Below, piece after piece: positions 22,281 through 34,070 of a stretch of DNA of 64,000 nucleotides (position 1 is its first letter; every line of letters starts with the position of its first letter). Below the pieces are notes generated by a model that saw only the letters and a program-made list of their open reading frames with translations, searched no databases and was not told where the DNA came from. The position numbers and the translations under genes are program-made. This stretch comes from Haliotis rubra (Eukaryota). The stretch covers positions 496,001 through 560,000 of the forward strand of contig NW_025767081.1 in the NCBI RefSeq assembly GCF_003918875.1, in the 5' to 3' direction.

Positions 22281-23219
22281 CTGTCGACGTCTGGAGTGGT
22301 GTATGGCCCGTCGGCAGTGGAACCTGAGGACATGGAGGAGGGTCCACTGGTCAGATGAGAGCAGGTTCCTCCTCTACGTTACAGATGGTCGAATGAGAGT
22401 GTGGAGGCATAAAAACACTGCTTACGTGCCCAGGTATATCCACCCTACTGTTCCTTGTGGTGGAGGATCGGTTATGATCTGGGGTTGTCTTTCACACGAC
22501 TGTAAACTTCAAATGGTGACTGTCCGAAGAAATCTTAATGGTCAGCAGTACATCCGGGATATTCTCCATCCAGTTGTCGTGCCTCACTTTGACAACCACC
22601 TGTTGGCTACTCACCATATATTCATGGACGACAACGCCAAGCCGCATCGTCCAGAATGAGGCTATCATGACATTACCTTGGCCAGCAATGAGCCCCGATT
22701 TGAATCCTTTGGAGCACATCTGGGACTTTCTTGGACGCCGTGTGAGGTTGAGAGAACCCCCTCTCCAGCATCTTGCACAGCTGGAAGCTGCTTTGCATGA
22801 AGAATGGCGGCAATTGCCACTTGATCGTATCAGAAGGTTTACCAGTAGCATGAGGAGGAGGATTCAAGCTGTCATCCAAGCACCTGGGGGATACACCCGA
22901 TACTGATGCCAGACCCATCAGATGTTAACATGTGACATTCCTTGTGCATCATTTCTTGTAATAGTCAGCCATTGACAATGCTACGGCCATACTTGTTCAG
23001 TGACTATTTTCATCAAAAATCAATAGTGACCAAATCACATTGGTTACGCTATTAAAACAACACGTATTGGAATCATTGTCTTGTTTTTCATTTGTCAATA
23101 GATCGTATGTTTCACAATAGCTAAGGTTCCACTATCTTTGGAATAGTGAGTGAGTTACAGCAAGTTTTGTTTCTCATCATCCAAAAAAAAGGGGGGTGCT
23201 TAATTAAATTCCAGGTGTA
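22281..23219 (+). mobile_element. Tc1 3' half (DDE domain fragment)
   Basis: WSDESRF, GGGSVMIWG, MDDNAKPH, SPDLNPLEH, GGYTRY*; ends CAGGTGTA followed by TA. Confidence 0.85.
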
Positions 23220-23221
23220 TA

Positions 23222-23830
23222 TATCGTTTGTGGGGCATCATTAGTGCATTTTAAATACTTCTTTCGGCAGGCAGATTCTAAATTTACAAAACATTCTTAA
23301 AAGGGACTTATCATTAAGAACACTGATATACTTTTCAGGTCCGAACATCGATTTACATTGTGAATAATGACTAAGAAAACTGGATGAATTGACTGATGCG
23401 TACCAATTCTGAATATATATATATATCTTGTATTCGTTGTTTAAATGTTGACAAAAACATTTTTATATCACCAACATCTTGCTTAAACCAAACATAAGAA
23501 AACCCGCTTGAAAATAACATATTTCTCACATCTGAAGCCCATGAATACTTTCCACATTTATCAAGTGATAACAATAATTGATAGCTTTGATGGGGTAGCG
23601 ATAATCAGGCATTCTTATAAGTTTAATGCAGTATCTAATAACTCTCATTTGACTCTCAATATGCATGTTATAACGTCCTGTTTCGCCAAGTATGGCTTTA
23701 TTGGAAGCAAATTTACCTACTGTAAGAAATCTTTTAAAATAGGATGCATGGACATTTTCAATCGCTTCGAAATAATTTGCTTCCCGTATGATATGGAAAA
23801 TTATGACATGATTATATATGTTAAAAGAAA
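23222..23830 (-). mobile_element. Non-LTR retrotransposon ORF2 C-terminal fragment
   Basis: ILGETGRY...SWASDVRNML..GFSYVW..Q...FKQRIQD resembles the post-RT region of LINE ORF2 proteins; clade not determined. Confidence 0.55.
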
Positions 23831-23832
23831 TA

Positions 23833-25348
23833 TACTGGGTCAAAAAAAGAAACTTCACATTCTTTCTTCAGGGCACTGTAAAAGAACAAGAGATGGTAAG
23901 ATGGTGAAGTTGTTATTATTTCATTGCTGAGATCTGTGTGATGTACTCGATACACTGACAGTGCCATAATCAGTTCCATTAGGCTACACCGCCGTTCCAA
24001 AACATGGGTATACAGAATGTCAAGTCACAAGAATAAAAAATGCGAAATTTCTCAGTTCAATATCGTGTATGGCCGCCTCGCGCATTCACCACTGCCAAAC
24101 ACCGTCTCCTCGTCGACTGCCTGATGCTTTTGAACACGTGGTTGGGGATTCTGCGCCATTGCTCTTGCAAGGCAGTGCCAAGTTCCATCAAATTCTGAGG
24201 TTGGTTCCTAAGACCACGAAGCCTTCTCCCAAGTGCATCCCAAACGTGCTCTATTGGATTAAGGTCGATGGCCAGTCCATGGCGTTGATTCCAGCGTTTT
24301 GAAGGAAATTTCGTGTCAACATCACGGTATGCGGCCGAGCATTATCATGCTGGAACTGTAGACCTGGGCCATGAGCCGCAATGAAAGGAAAGAGTTCAGG
24401 GGTGAGCACCTGGTCGCGGTAAGTAGCAGCTGTGAGGTATGACCAGATGTCGGGAACGGTTGTTCCCACAGAAGGCACCCCACACCATGCAACTTCCGCC
24501 CCCGAATCTGTCGACTTCCTGTACACAACATTGGGCATACCGTTCCCGACGTCGTCTCCAGACTCTATGCCTGCCGTCGGCGAATCTGAGGGTAAACCTG
24601 GATTGATCGCTAAAGACGACTCGATTCCAGTCTCTCTGGGTCCATCGGAGGTGACGTTGGGCCCACAGCAGACGTTGACGTTGATGAAACGGCGTCAATA
24701 TTGGCCCACGATATGGACGTCGAGAATGGAGATTGGCAGCCCGCAACCGATTTCGAATGGTCTGTGAGGACAGTCGACCTCTAAACATCTCAGCCCTGGT
24801 TCGTGTAGCCGGCAGAAATCTGTCACGTAGGTGACGTAGGACGATTTGACGGTCTTCTGCTCGTGACGTCACACGTGGACGACCCGACCTTGGGCGATCA
24901 GAAGTGGTGCCAGTTTGTTGTAGACGACCTCGCAAGTCATACACAGTACGACGGCTGCATCCCATTGCTCTTGCGACGTCAATAACTGATCTTCCCGCTT
25001 GCAACATGCCAACGGCACGTTCGAGTTGCACATTTGACAATCGTGGCATTTCAAGTACCGTTAGAACTGTGGTTTAAAAGTGATTTTTCAATTCTTGAGG
25101 CCAATGCAAACACGTGCACATGAAGAAAACTTCGATGCGAAGATCACGTGATCGACTGCATGTGCAAAACCTGATTTGGCACTAACGTCATTTGCACGAC
25201 GAATGGATGGGTTTAATGGGTTTTGCTAACGTTTTTTCTAGAGTCGAAAGATAGGGATGCCATTTCGGATACATAGATGTATCATCAGAGAAAAATTATT
25301 CATTATTTTTCAAATGACATTTTGTGAAGTTTCTTTTTTGACTCAGTA
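23833..25348 (-). mobile_element. Tc1/mariner transposon, same family as 5626-7101; transposase 24057-25049, frameshifted
   Basis: Same TIRs with TA duplication; MPRLSNVQLERAVGML..., FSDQSRF, QHDNARPH. Confidence 0.93.
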
Positions 25349-25997
25349 TATATTAAATCACAACCTTTTGTTATATGTTATAAAAGATCAAAGAAAGTAT
25401 ACATTTACACACACAAAAATTCTTATGTGTTAGCCAGCGCGTATGCATATGCTTAAATTTGCTAGTACACATGAAAGGCAAAATGGTATTATATCTACCT
25501 AAATACTTCTTTATAGAGTCGCAAAGCGTAGTATTTCAAGCAAACACGTTGCTCGAAGTGAAGCCTTCTATATATTCTCAACAACACGTTGATATTGCTG
25601 GAATATTGCTGGAATATTGCTAAGAGCGGCATCAAACCCAACTCACTCACTCACTACAGGACTTTTAGGGGCCTATTTGCAAACAACGCCGCGTGTGAAG
25701 ATAAGATTGTTGAGATGACAAATGCATGGTGTTTTGTAGTACCCAGTTTTGGTGGTACAGTTGTAGAGATGAACTGCCTCTCTACCTACCCCAACTACTC
25801 ACATTCTGGCTCACCTTTCAACACTTTCCCTCTCTCCTGCTCATCCATTCAAACTCTCTGCCTCTTTCTCACTCACTCTGTCCCTTTCTGAGCACACTCT
25901 CTCTCTCATGCTCATCCACTCCTTCTTCTCTCCTTTGTTAATCCACTCACCAACTCTCCCTTTCTCTCTCTCTCCCTCTGTTGTTCATCCACTCACT

Positions 25998-26090
25998 TGG
26001 GTACAATGTGTGAAGCCCATGTCTGGTGTCCCCCGCCGTGATATTGCTGGAATATTACTAAAAGCGGCGTAAAACCATACTCACTCACTC
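25998..26090 (+). mobile_element. SINE family A, 5'-truncated
   Basis: 3' half of the family A consensus with (ACTC)n tail; a shorter counterpart lies at ~1417-1475. Confidence 0.7.
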
Positions 26091-26765
26091 ATCCACTCAC
26101 TACTTCCTCCCGTGCACACCCACTCACTCATTCACCCTTAATCCTTCCACTCTCCTGCTCTTCTTCCTCTTCTCCAGTGCTCACAATGACGCTCGTCTCA
26201 TGTCACTCTTATTGTCATTGTGTAGATACATGAAAGCATTTGTATCCGAATGCCAGCGGTGACTGCCATCGCTGCAAAAAGGTGATTTCTGATGGAAGAC
26301 TACCTTCGATTATCCACTATATTATATGTCCAATTTGTTAAACTTCATATAATAGTGTTCGGGCTGGACGCCGGTTCATGTCGGTGGCGTAGTGGATAGA
26401 GCGTCTGCTTAGGAGCAGAGGGTAGGTGGTTCAAGCCCTGACAGCGTCATACGAAAATTCGATAATAAATGGTATGTGTTGTTACCTTGCCTGAAGCTTG
26501 GCGTTAAGAGACTGGCTGGCTCGGAGTCACTGTTATGTGTCTCAGTCGGATATCCATATTACACTATGACATGATGTTCCAATGGGTTAGTACGGACAAG
26601 TACAAGTAAACATGCATCCACGTGCATGTGTGAGATGATCTTTCACCCCATCTCGTTATGTAAAAATGTTGATAAATCTTTATATCATTATTGGATAGTA
26701 TAACATGAAGTTCAACTTTGCGTGTCAGGTGCTTGCGAACAAACACAATCACATAATCGCCATAG

Positions 26766-26921
26766 TGAGTTTAGTTTTACGCCGCTTTTAGCAATATTCC
26801 AGCAATATCACGGCGGGGACACTAGAAATGGGCTTAACACATTGTACCCACGTGAGGAATCGAACCCGGGTCTTCGGCGTGACGAGCGAACGCTTTAACC
26901 ACTAGGCTACCCCACCGCCCC
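26766..26921 (-). mobile_element. SINE family A, full length with a 12-bp TSD
   Basis: TSD TAATCGCCATAG at 26754-26765 and 26922-26933; absent at the equivalent block 1 site (~2205). Confidence 0.92.
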
Positions 26922-27047
26922 TAATCGCCATAGACTTTTCAGTTATGGTGAAACCATCGAGCAACTGTAAAGTGGTGATACATCAAGAGTTATAATCACG
27001 GAGATTTGAACCTATCACCATAGATGCCGGTTCTTCTAGAGTACGCG

Positions 27048-27204
27048 ATGGGGTAGCCTAGTGGTTAAGGCGTTCGCTGGCCACGCTGAGGACCTGGGTT
27101 CGATTCCCATATGGGCAAATTGTGTGAAGCCCATTTCTGGTGTCCCTGGCCGTGATTTGCTGGAATATTGCTAAAAGCGGCGTAAAACTAAACTCACTCA
27201 GTCA
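27048..27204 (+). mobile_element. SINE family A
   Basis: Block 2 counterpart of 2308-2465. Confidence 0.85.
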
Positions 27205-27839
27205 CTGTATTGTCACTGCCGCTAGACCATACCTGCCCTGCCCGAGACCCGCTGAAGTGCCTGGCAACAGATGTGTATCTGCGAGATAAAACTACACCCA
27301 CTCACTCCTAAAGTATGCAACAGTAGAATGGTAGGAATTTTCAGGAAAAACTGGAATTTGATGCGACGGGATCCTGGACAAACTAAGGGAGGCAACTCAT
27401 CAGAATGAACTACTGCTCCCACACAGTAAGGTTATTCATGCTCACTCAGCAATGGGCAATGGGCAGGATCCTGATTCTTCAGTTTTCTTAGACTCGATGT
27501 TTAAACAAGGGAGTTACGTCCAGAATAACTAGTCTCCATTACTGATGATACAAATTTCTTTGGCGTCAAAGACAAAAACACGGAGGTGAATATTATAGGA
27601 ATGGATCACTGAAAATCAGTAACACCAGTTAATAGAGTAAGCTCATTCTTCATGTCCCACCAGTAGCTCCGCCACTCATATAATTTGCATGAACAATTGA
27701 ATGCATGTAAAAATTGTCTAAAACTGAATTGTCCAGACAGCTTTAATATTGCCGCTTGCCCCGTCAAACGACAAACAATATATTTTTCAAAAAAACTATC
27801 ACTAGGTGCTCTGATTGGAGCATCCCCAATATATTTCTC

Positions 27840-29351
27840 CTATTTGGGTAAAGCTGCCCTCCAGCCAGCATGTAGTTGTTTGCTGTATTGAGCCACCAGA
27901 GCGCTGTAGGAGGAATCATAAGCCAGGTTCTTGTTTTCCTGAGGATCGCCATAATGGTCGTACAGTTCCACACCAAACACTTGGGTCCAGTCCGGCTTGT
28001 ACACTGGTTGTGGTTTGAACTTGACCCACTCTGTGTATCTGTAATGATCGGTGGTCATGCTGTAGCCCATTTGATCACCGTTGTATTCATTCCTCGGGTA
28101 CTGGGAGAACACAGCCTTCTTCCAGTTGGGACTTGCTGGGTTTGTTATCAGAGGTATCAAACTAGTGCCTTCAGTGCAGACAAGAACTTTAGTGGAGTTC
28201 TCTGGACAAAGATTAATAGGAGGTAGACCTGCAGCTTCTACCAGAGTAGGAAACAGATCCACAAACTCAGTGAGTTCTTCAGTCACGATGCCCTTGTCAG
28301 TGAGACCCGGCACATGTACCATCATAGGGGAGTGGGTGGCTAGCTCAAAGTCCGTGTGTTTGCACCACTCACCGTGTTCACCCAGTTGCCAACCGTGATC
28401 TCCCCAGAAGGAGATGATTGTGTTGTTGTCCAGGCCTTGATTCTCCAGCTCCTGGATAACTCGTCCCAGTTCGTAGTCTGTGTAGCTGAGGGCGCTGTAG
28501 TACCCTCTCCTCAAGTTGAGGATGACATCGTTTGGGAGTGTGGTGTTGATGTCTCCCGAAACGTGTAATCTCTCAATGTCAACATATTCTCTGAGTTCTG
28601 AATAATTAGACCATGCGATTACTGGCATTTTATCAGGAGCGTAGGGGTTCGGTGGGAGACTGATAGACGACAACGGGTACAAGTCAAAGAACATCTGTGG
28701 TGCCACAAAAGGAAGGTGAGGTTTGTGGAAACCTTGGGCGATGAAGAAAGGGCGTTCTCCAGATCTGGCTTGAGGGGCTGCTTTTCTAATCATGTTGATG
28801 GCATAATCTGTATTCTGCATGTCCCAAAGGGAGTTGTTCTTTAGAAGGTCCATTGGCACGCTCAACCAAGTAACTTGTTCCTTGTACACAAATTTGTTAA
28901 CTGTTTTGCCTACTTCAAAATATGGGTCTGTCCAGGAAATCGGGTCGTTGTAGCCAGAAGCACGTCCTGGATGGAAAATCTTACCCGATCCTATCGTTCT
29001 GTAGCCATGTTCCTTGAAATACTGAGGGATGGTGGTGAAGTTCCCACCAACATCTCTCCAGTAAGCTTGTAGATCATACACATGGGTAGTGTCCGGTCTT
29101 CGTCCAGTGAGGAGAGATGATCTGCTCGGGGAACACACAGCCTGCTGAACATGGGCTCTCTTTAAAAGAAGACTCTTCCGAGCGAGAGCATCAAGATTCG
29201 GTGAATGTATCGGAGGGTGGACAGGACTTGGGAAGTCTTTCCCTTCAAAAATGGAGAGTTCCGGCCTCATGTCATCAGCCACCAAAAACAACACATTCAT
29301 ACGAGCCCGGGCGGCAGTCACCGCCAACAGCAGAAGAGTCACCCTCAGCAT
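27840..29351 (-). CDS. IDS: IDS-like sulfatase, copy 5 (type A'), 503 aa
   Basis: Intact ORF with all sulfatase motifs; closest to copy 1 (KTVNKFVYKEQVTW, SLWDMQNTDY). Confidence 0.93.
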   Translation of the reverse strand: MLRVTLLLLAVTAARARMNVLFLVADDMRPELSIFEGKDFPSPVHPPIHSPNLDALARKSLLLKRAHVQQAVCSPSRSSLLTGRRPDTTHVYDLQAYWRDVGGNFTTIPQYFKEHGYRTIGSGKIFHPGRASGYNDPISWTDPYFEVGKTVNKFVYKEQVTWLSVPMDLLKNNSLWDMQNTDYAINMIRKAAPQARSGERPFFIAQGFHKPHLPFVAPQMFFDLYPLSSISLPPNPYAPDKMPVIAWSNYSELREYVDIERLHVSGDINTTLPNDVILNLRRGYYSALSYTDYELGRVIQELENQGLDNNTIISFWGDHGWQLGEHGEWCKHTDFELATHSPMMVHVPGLTDKGIVTEELTEFVDLFPTLVEAAGLPPINLCPENSTKVLVCTEGTSLIPLITNPASPNWKKAVFSQYPRNEYNGDQMGYSMTTDHYRYTEWVKFKPQPVYKPDWTQVFGVELYDHYGDPQENKNLAYDSSYSALVAQYSKQLHAGWRAALPK

Positions 29352-30068
29352 TGTAGCTTCAGAATTACACTGTCTTCACACTGACGAGAACGGATTTATA
29401 TATTTTCTAGCCTGTGAAGATAGCAGACGATTCTTATCATTTGGAATGTTTGTTATGTGCACGTGTGACAAAACACAACAAAAACATGGCTCTAAACAGG
29501 AGCTGGCATTCACAGAAGACTCCTTCGAGCCAGTTCGTGTAGGTCAATCCATGGAAGGATGACACCAAGGGAACACATTTCCCTTAGTCTGAATGACTGT
29601 CGATGTCAAAAACAAATATATCGGTGTGTCAGACATTGAGGTCAGCAAAAGATAGCTTGAAAGAATCTAGATTTTGATAATTATAACAAATACTTGGGAA
29701 CATGCACCTGTGTCTTTATCGTTATATCATGGCATGGCATAAGAACCTTTTGTATCACACAATCAATGTGTTGTGCTTGGCCATAACATGTACAGACTGC
29801 CTATACTGATTGTCTTTAAAATGTATTTATGGTTTTAAGTATATGTGAAATGTAAATGTGAGGGATAACCTGTCATGATTATCTGACGAAACAGATTCTA
29901 CTGGGCGTATTGGCAGAGCAGCAGCGGAAATAGACTGAATCACTGGAAAGCAACGACGACACAAAGGAGTTCGCAAAAACGGTTAACATGTCCTGCTCAA
30001 AGACGAAATATGACTCTTCAGCTGAAAATTTACTTGGATGTTTTCGGTTTCTCAATGTCATCGAACTG

Positions 30069-30348
30069 CCTGAGCTCCGAATCATGTTAATGGCATAATT
30101 TGCATTGTGGGTGTCTTGAAGGAAGTTGTTCTTTAAGAACATCCATAACATGCTCCCCGATTGCAAACTTGTTTGCTGTACCTTTTCTTCAAAATGTGGC
30201 TCAGTCCAGGATATCGAGTCGTTGTAGTTTGTCCTGGACTGACTGACTGAGTTTGGTTCTACGCCGCTTTGGGCAATATTCCAGAAACATCACGGCGGGG
30301 GACACCAGAAATGGGCTTCACACATCGTTTGTCCTGGATGTCCCGGAT
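30069..30348 (-). pseudogene. Internal relic of an IDS-like gene (type C-like), interrupted by a SINE
   Basis: Minus strand reads, with indels, YNDSISWTEPHFE..TANKFAIGEHV..KNNFLQDTHNANYAINMIR, matching copies 3 and 8. Confidence 0.75.
30239..30326 (-). mobile_element. SINE family A, 5'-truncated, 12-bp TSD
   Basis: TSD GTTTGTCCTGGA at 30227-30238 and 30327-30338. Confidence 0.85.
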
Positions 30349-30849
30349 GGAGTTTAGTTTGAAGATGAGTTAGACTTTGAACACCATACAGTTGGCGTGT
30401 CTCGTGTATGTCAGGTTAAATAGGGGAGGTATAGACAAAATGGTACGACGACGTCAGTCGTTTCAACTATGGTGAAACCAACCAGCAAATGCATGGAGCT
30501 CATACATCAAGAGGCCTTGATTTGAACCTATCATCATTAATTCTGATTTGCCTAAAGTGTGCAACAATATGCAGATACACATTGTCAGGAGGAACTGGAA
30601 TTCAGACAGACGACAATTGTATCCTAGACCAGCAAAGGTACGCAACTCATCAGAATGAGTTACCACCCCAACACCACTTGGTTAGCCATGCTATGTTAAA
30701 GTCCTGGAAAAACAGCAATGTGATTCTTCATTTCGTTGTTGGCTCGATAGTCCAAACAAAGTAATTATGACGTATAAAATATGTACGTGAGAGAATTATC
30801 AGATGGATATTATAGAAATCGATCACAGAAAAATTGTTTCACATCTTTT

Positions 30850-33720
30850 TATTCATCCATTGGCGTATTGATGTACAAAAAAGCAAATACATGTGTAGTA
30901 CACATTAATACAGTGGTAACAATTGTACATATTCAGATAGCGATAGTACTAAGGTGTGTCAAGTATGTGGTTAAAGGCATCCATTTTCTGTAGAAGCAGT
31001 CAAATATCTGGGATCTTTTTGGTAATATATTTCTCATTGTTGAAAATGTCTTTAGTGATTCTCAAAAGATTTTCAAAAGTACTTCTATCTTGTTTAATGT
31101 TTAAAAATGAATGAATCTTTTAGTAATGAGAATGATATGATTCATGAAAATTTGTGTGCTTGGAAGGCCAAATGATATGGTTTGCTTTGTCAATGAAATG
31201 CCTTTGAGTACATACTGGTTAAATATTGCTTCAAGCAAGATTAATGATACAGTGACAATCAGTATATACATTGAGAATATCCTTATCGTCTACCTTGCAG
31301 AAACGACAAGTCTTATAATCCACAAGCATCATTCGAAGCAACTAATGCTTTGTGTAAATAATTCTGTGAATAATTCTATACTTGTCCACATGCTTTGCGT
31401 ATTTGGTACATTTTCCAGTCACTATCAAAAGGTAATATGCTCTACCATTTCAAAGATACTGGAAAATCTTATTTCTGTAGTAATTAACTTGTCATAGTAA
31501 AATCTAGAACCTTTTATATCTACTAGTAAGCTTGAAGGCTGTGAGTTTATGGTAAGATTTTCTGGGGTATTTTTTTAACTTATTTGTTTGATGATGTCTC
31601 TCCGTGCCTTTGGTATGTTTAAAATAATTCTATATACATTCAAGAATTGTTCGGTCTAGTTCAAAGGCATTATATAATTCTTCAAAATTCATGCAGCCAT
31701 CATCATTACAAATATCGCCAATTGAGTGCAAACCTTTCCCGAACCAGCTATCAATACAAAGATAAGAGTCATGAAATTGGTGATTAAGCCATTATGGTTC
31801 ACAAAGAATATCCCCCACATCAAACCTTGTTTTATGGATTTTTAAATATTCAGATATTGAGAACATCTTTAAAGAAATAATTTTTCATATGAATGTGTTC
31901 AGCGACGTTTGAACCCAATATAGTAATATTTTTTGTAGGTATGCAGCTTAAGCTTTAAGGCATTGATAAAGTTTTTAATATAAACCATCTCCTGCTCGTG
32001 TTTTCTTACTAAGTTTTCCCTCTTTATTTAATCCCTCTTGCCATCCCAAATGAAATGTAATAAAATCCTTATTCAGATAATCTACAAATGGTTTGGGAGG
32101 ATTGGGAGGGACAATAAAATATGTACTGAGGTAGATAGAGCAAGTGTTTTAATGACTGTAATTTTACCAATATTTTCCAGTGTTTTCCTTGTATTGATAA
32201 CCCAGAGGTTTTCAACATGAGCATTAAGTTTTATTCCTAATACTTCAAAGTCATCTTCATGCCAATCTAGTTTAATATCTGTACAACATTACTATCTGCC
32301 ATTGCACCTATCCACAAAGCTTTGGTCTTATCAGTGTGCATTTCGAGGCCTGAGATTTTATAGAAACTGTTAAGGGTCTTTATAGCATCCCTTAAGCTAT
32401 TTTCACTTCCATCTCAAAACGTTGGGTGTCATCTCCATAGAGTAATAGGTTTCCAACATACTCTATTTGTATTTGATTTAGCTATAGGAACATGTGTACA
32501 AGTTATTACCTCTCTGTTGCATGTTGCGGTTAATAATCTCTTTTTAAAGTTTCTTTCACATATCTGTTAATTCAGAATTTTAGATCAATCCAGAAGAATT
32601 TAAAGAATTCAATAGGAAATCCGTCAATACCGGGACTGTTATTATTTGTCATTGTTTTGATTGCATTCGTCAATTCCTCGAGGTCGATGGGCTTTTCTAA
32701 ATCATCCGATGGGGTAAATTCTAATACTGGGATGTTTAAATTCTGTAAGATAGTATTGCCATTATCCACATAATTTGTATTAGATTATAGTGTCTTATAA
32801 AAGTTCATGTGCTCATTGAGTGTCTGATTACCGTCAGTAGTTTCATCTACCGAGTCTGTAATCGGTCCATTTATTAAAGTGTTGGTAAAAAATCTATTTT
32901 CGAGATGACAAATATATTTTGTAGGTTTCTCACCTTCTTCATACAAAGTAACTCTTTGCTTAATCTGCATTCCTATGTTTTCTTTCTCTTTGATTTTTTT
33001 CAAGGTCAGTGTTACACCTTGAGAGTTGACTTAGTATTTCCTCATTAACAGTCTGAAAATCTTCTCTAATAGTGTTTCCACTTGAATTAATATTTTCTTC
33101 CAGAACCTGAGTGGGGTTAATCTTGTTCTTTTTTATATAAAGAATATGAAATAGATTTCCCTCTTACCTTCAAAAGGAAAGCATTGAATTTCCAATATCT
33201 TTTCGTCTTTCCTCACTAAGATTGCTAGATAAAGGTAATGTAATGACTGCGTGGTCAGACTTGTATCCTGGTAGTATGTCTGATACCAGAGGAAGCAAGA
33301 AAATTATCGAAATGGGCCTGTTGTCTTCATTTTCCACCAAGTGTATTTTCTAACATCTGGGCTGAGAGTCCTCCATTCATCAATTAACTCATAGGGTTCT
33401 AGTTTTTTCAACAGTAAATTTCTAGCTTTGGGGTTATTGATATGTTTGAATTTTCTGAGTCTACATTTGGATTTAATACCAAATTCCAATCCCCACAGAG
33501 AACTAGACATCGGTTGTCAAATGTATCTGTATGTTCAAATAGTTCACGACAGAATTTGTGTTCATTTTTGTTTGGTTCATACACATTTACAAGTGCCATT
33601 CTAATGCCATCAATAATTAGGTCAACAATAATATAATTACCACAGTCATCTATTTTAAACTTATGGGCATCAATTTCTAAATTATTATTGAATAATATGG
33701 CCACTCCTCTGGCATTGGAT
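30850..33720 (-). mobile_element. Degenerate L1/Tx1-like element, duplicate of 7104-9400 with additional 3' sequence
   Basis: Same APE motifs, EGEKPTKY, SPGIDGFPIEFF; collinear with the block 1 copy. Boundaries approximate. Confidence 0.8.
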
Positions 33721-34070
33721 TTATATGGTGGTATGTTTTTAAAGTTTTTAAAGCCAAAGTTTTTAAAATAATAATTAAAAAAGTCAGGCCTTTTCCTGAA
33801 ATCATAATGCCATAATGGATACAACCGATGCATATAACCAATGTAATCCTTATGAAATATGTAAGCCTATGGTGTTAGGGCCCCATTTTTAACAAAGTCA
33901 AAGTATCACTGAATATTAGTGATGACACTAAATGTAATCATGCCCTACCCCATGCTCTGCATGACAAATACATGCATGAAAAATATACCAAAAAACACAT
34001 ATCCAGAGAGCTTTAATATATCACATACATCACCATGTGCTCTGAGAGGAGCATATCCTATATTTTCCTC

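Noticed and set aside
24396-25049. 217-aa transposase ORF as an active or domesticated gene
   Set aside because: Frameshifted within the DDE domain, with further small deletions; none of the Tc1 copies has a complete frame.
26766-26921. tRNA-like sequences with A and B boxes
   Set aside because: They are SINE heads, followed by a conserved body and simple-repeat tail, and have target-site duplications.
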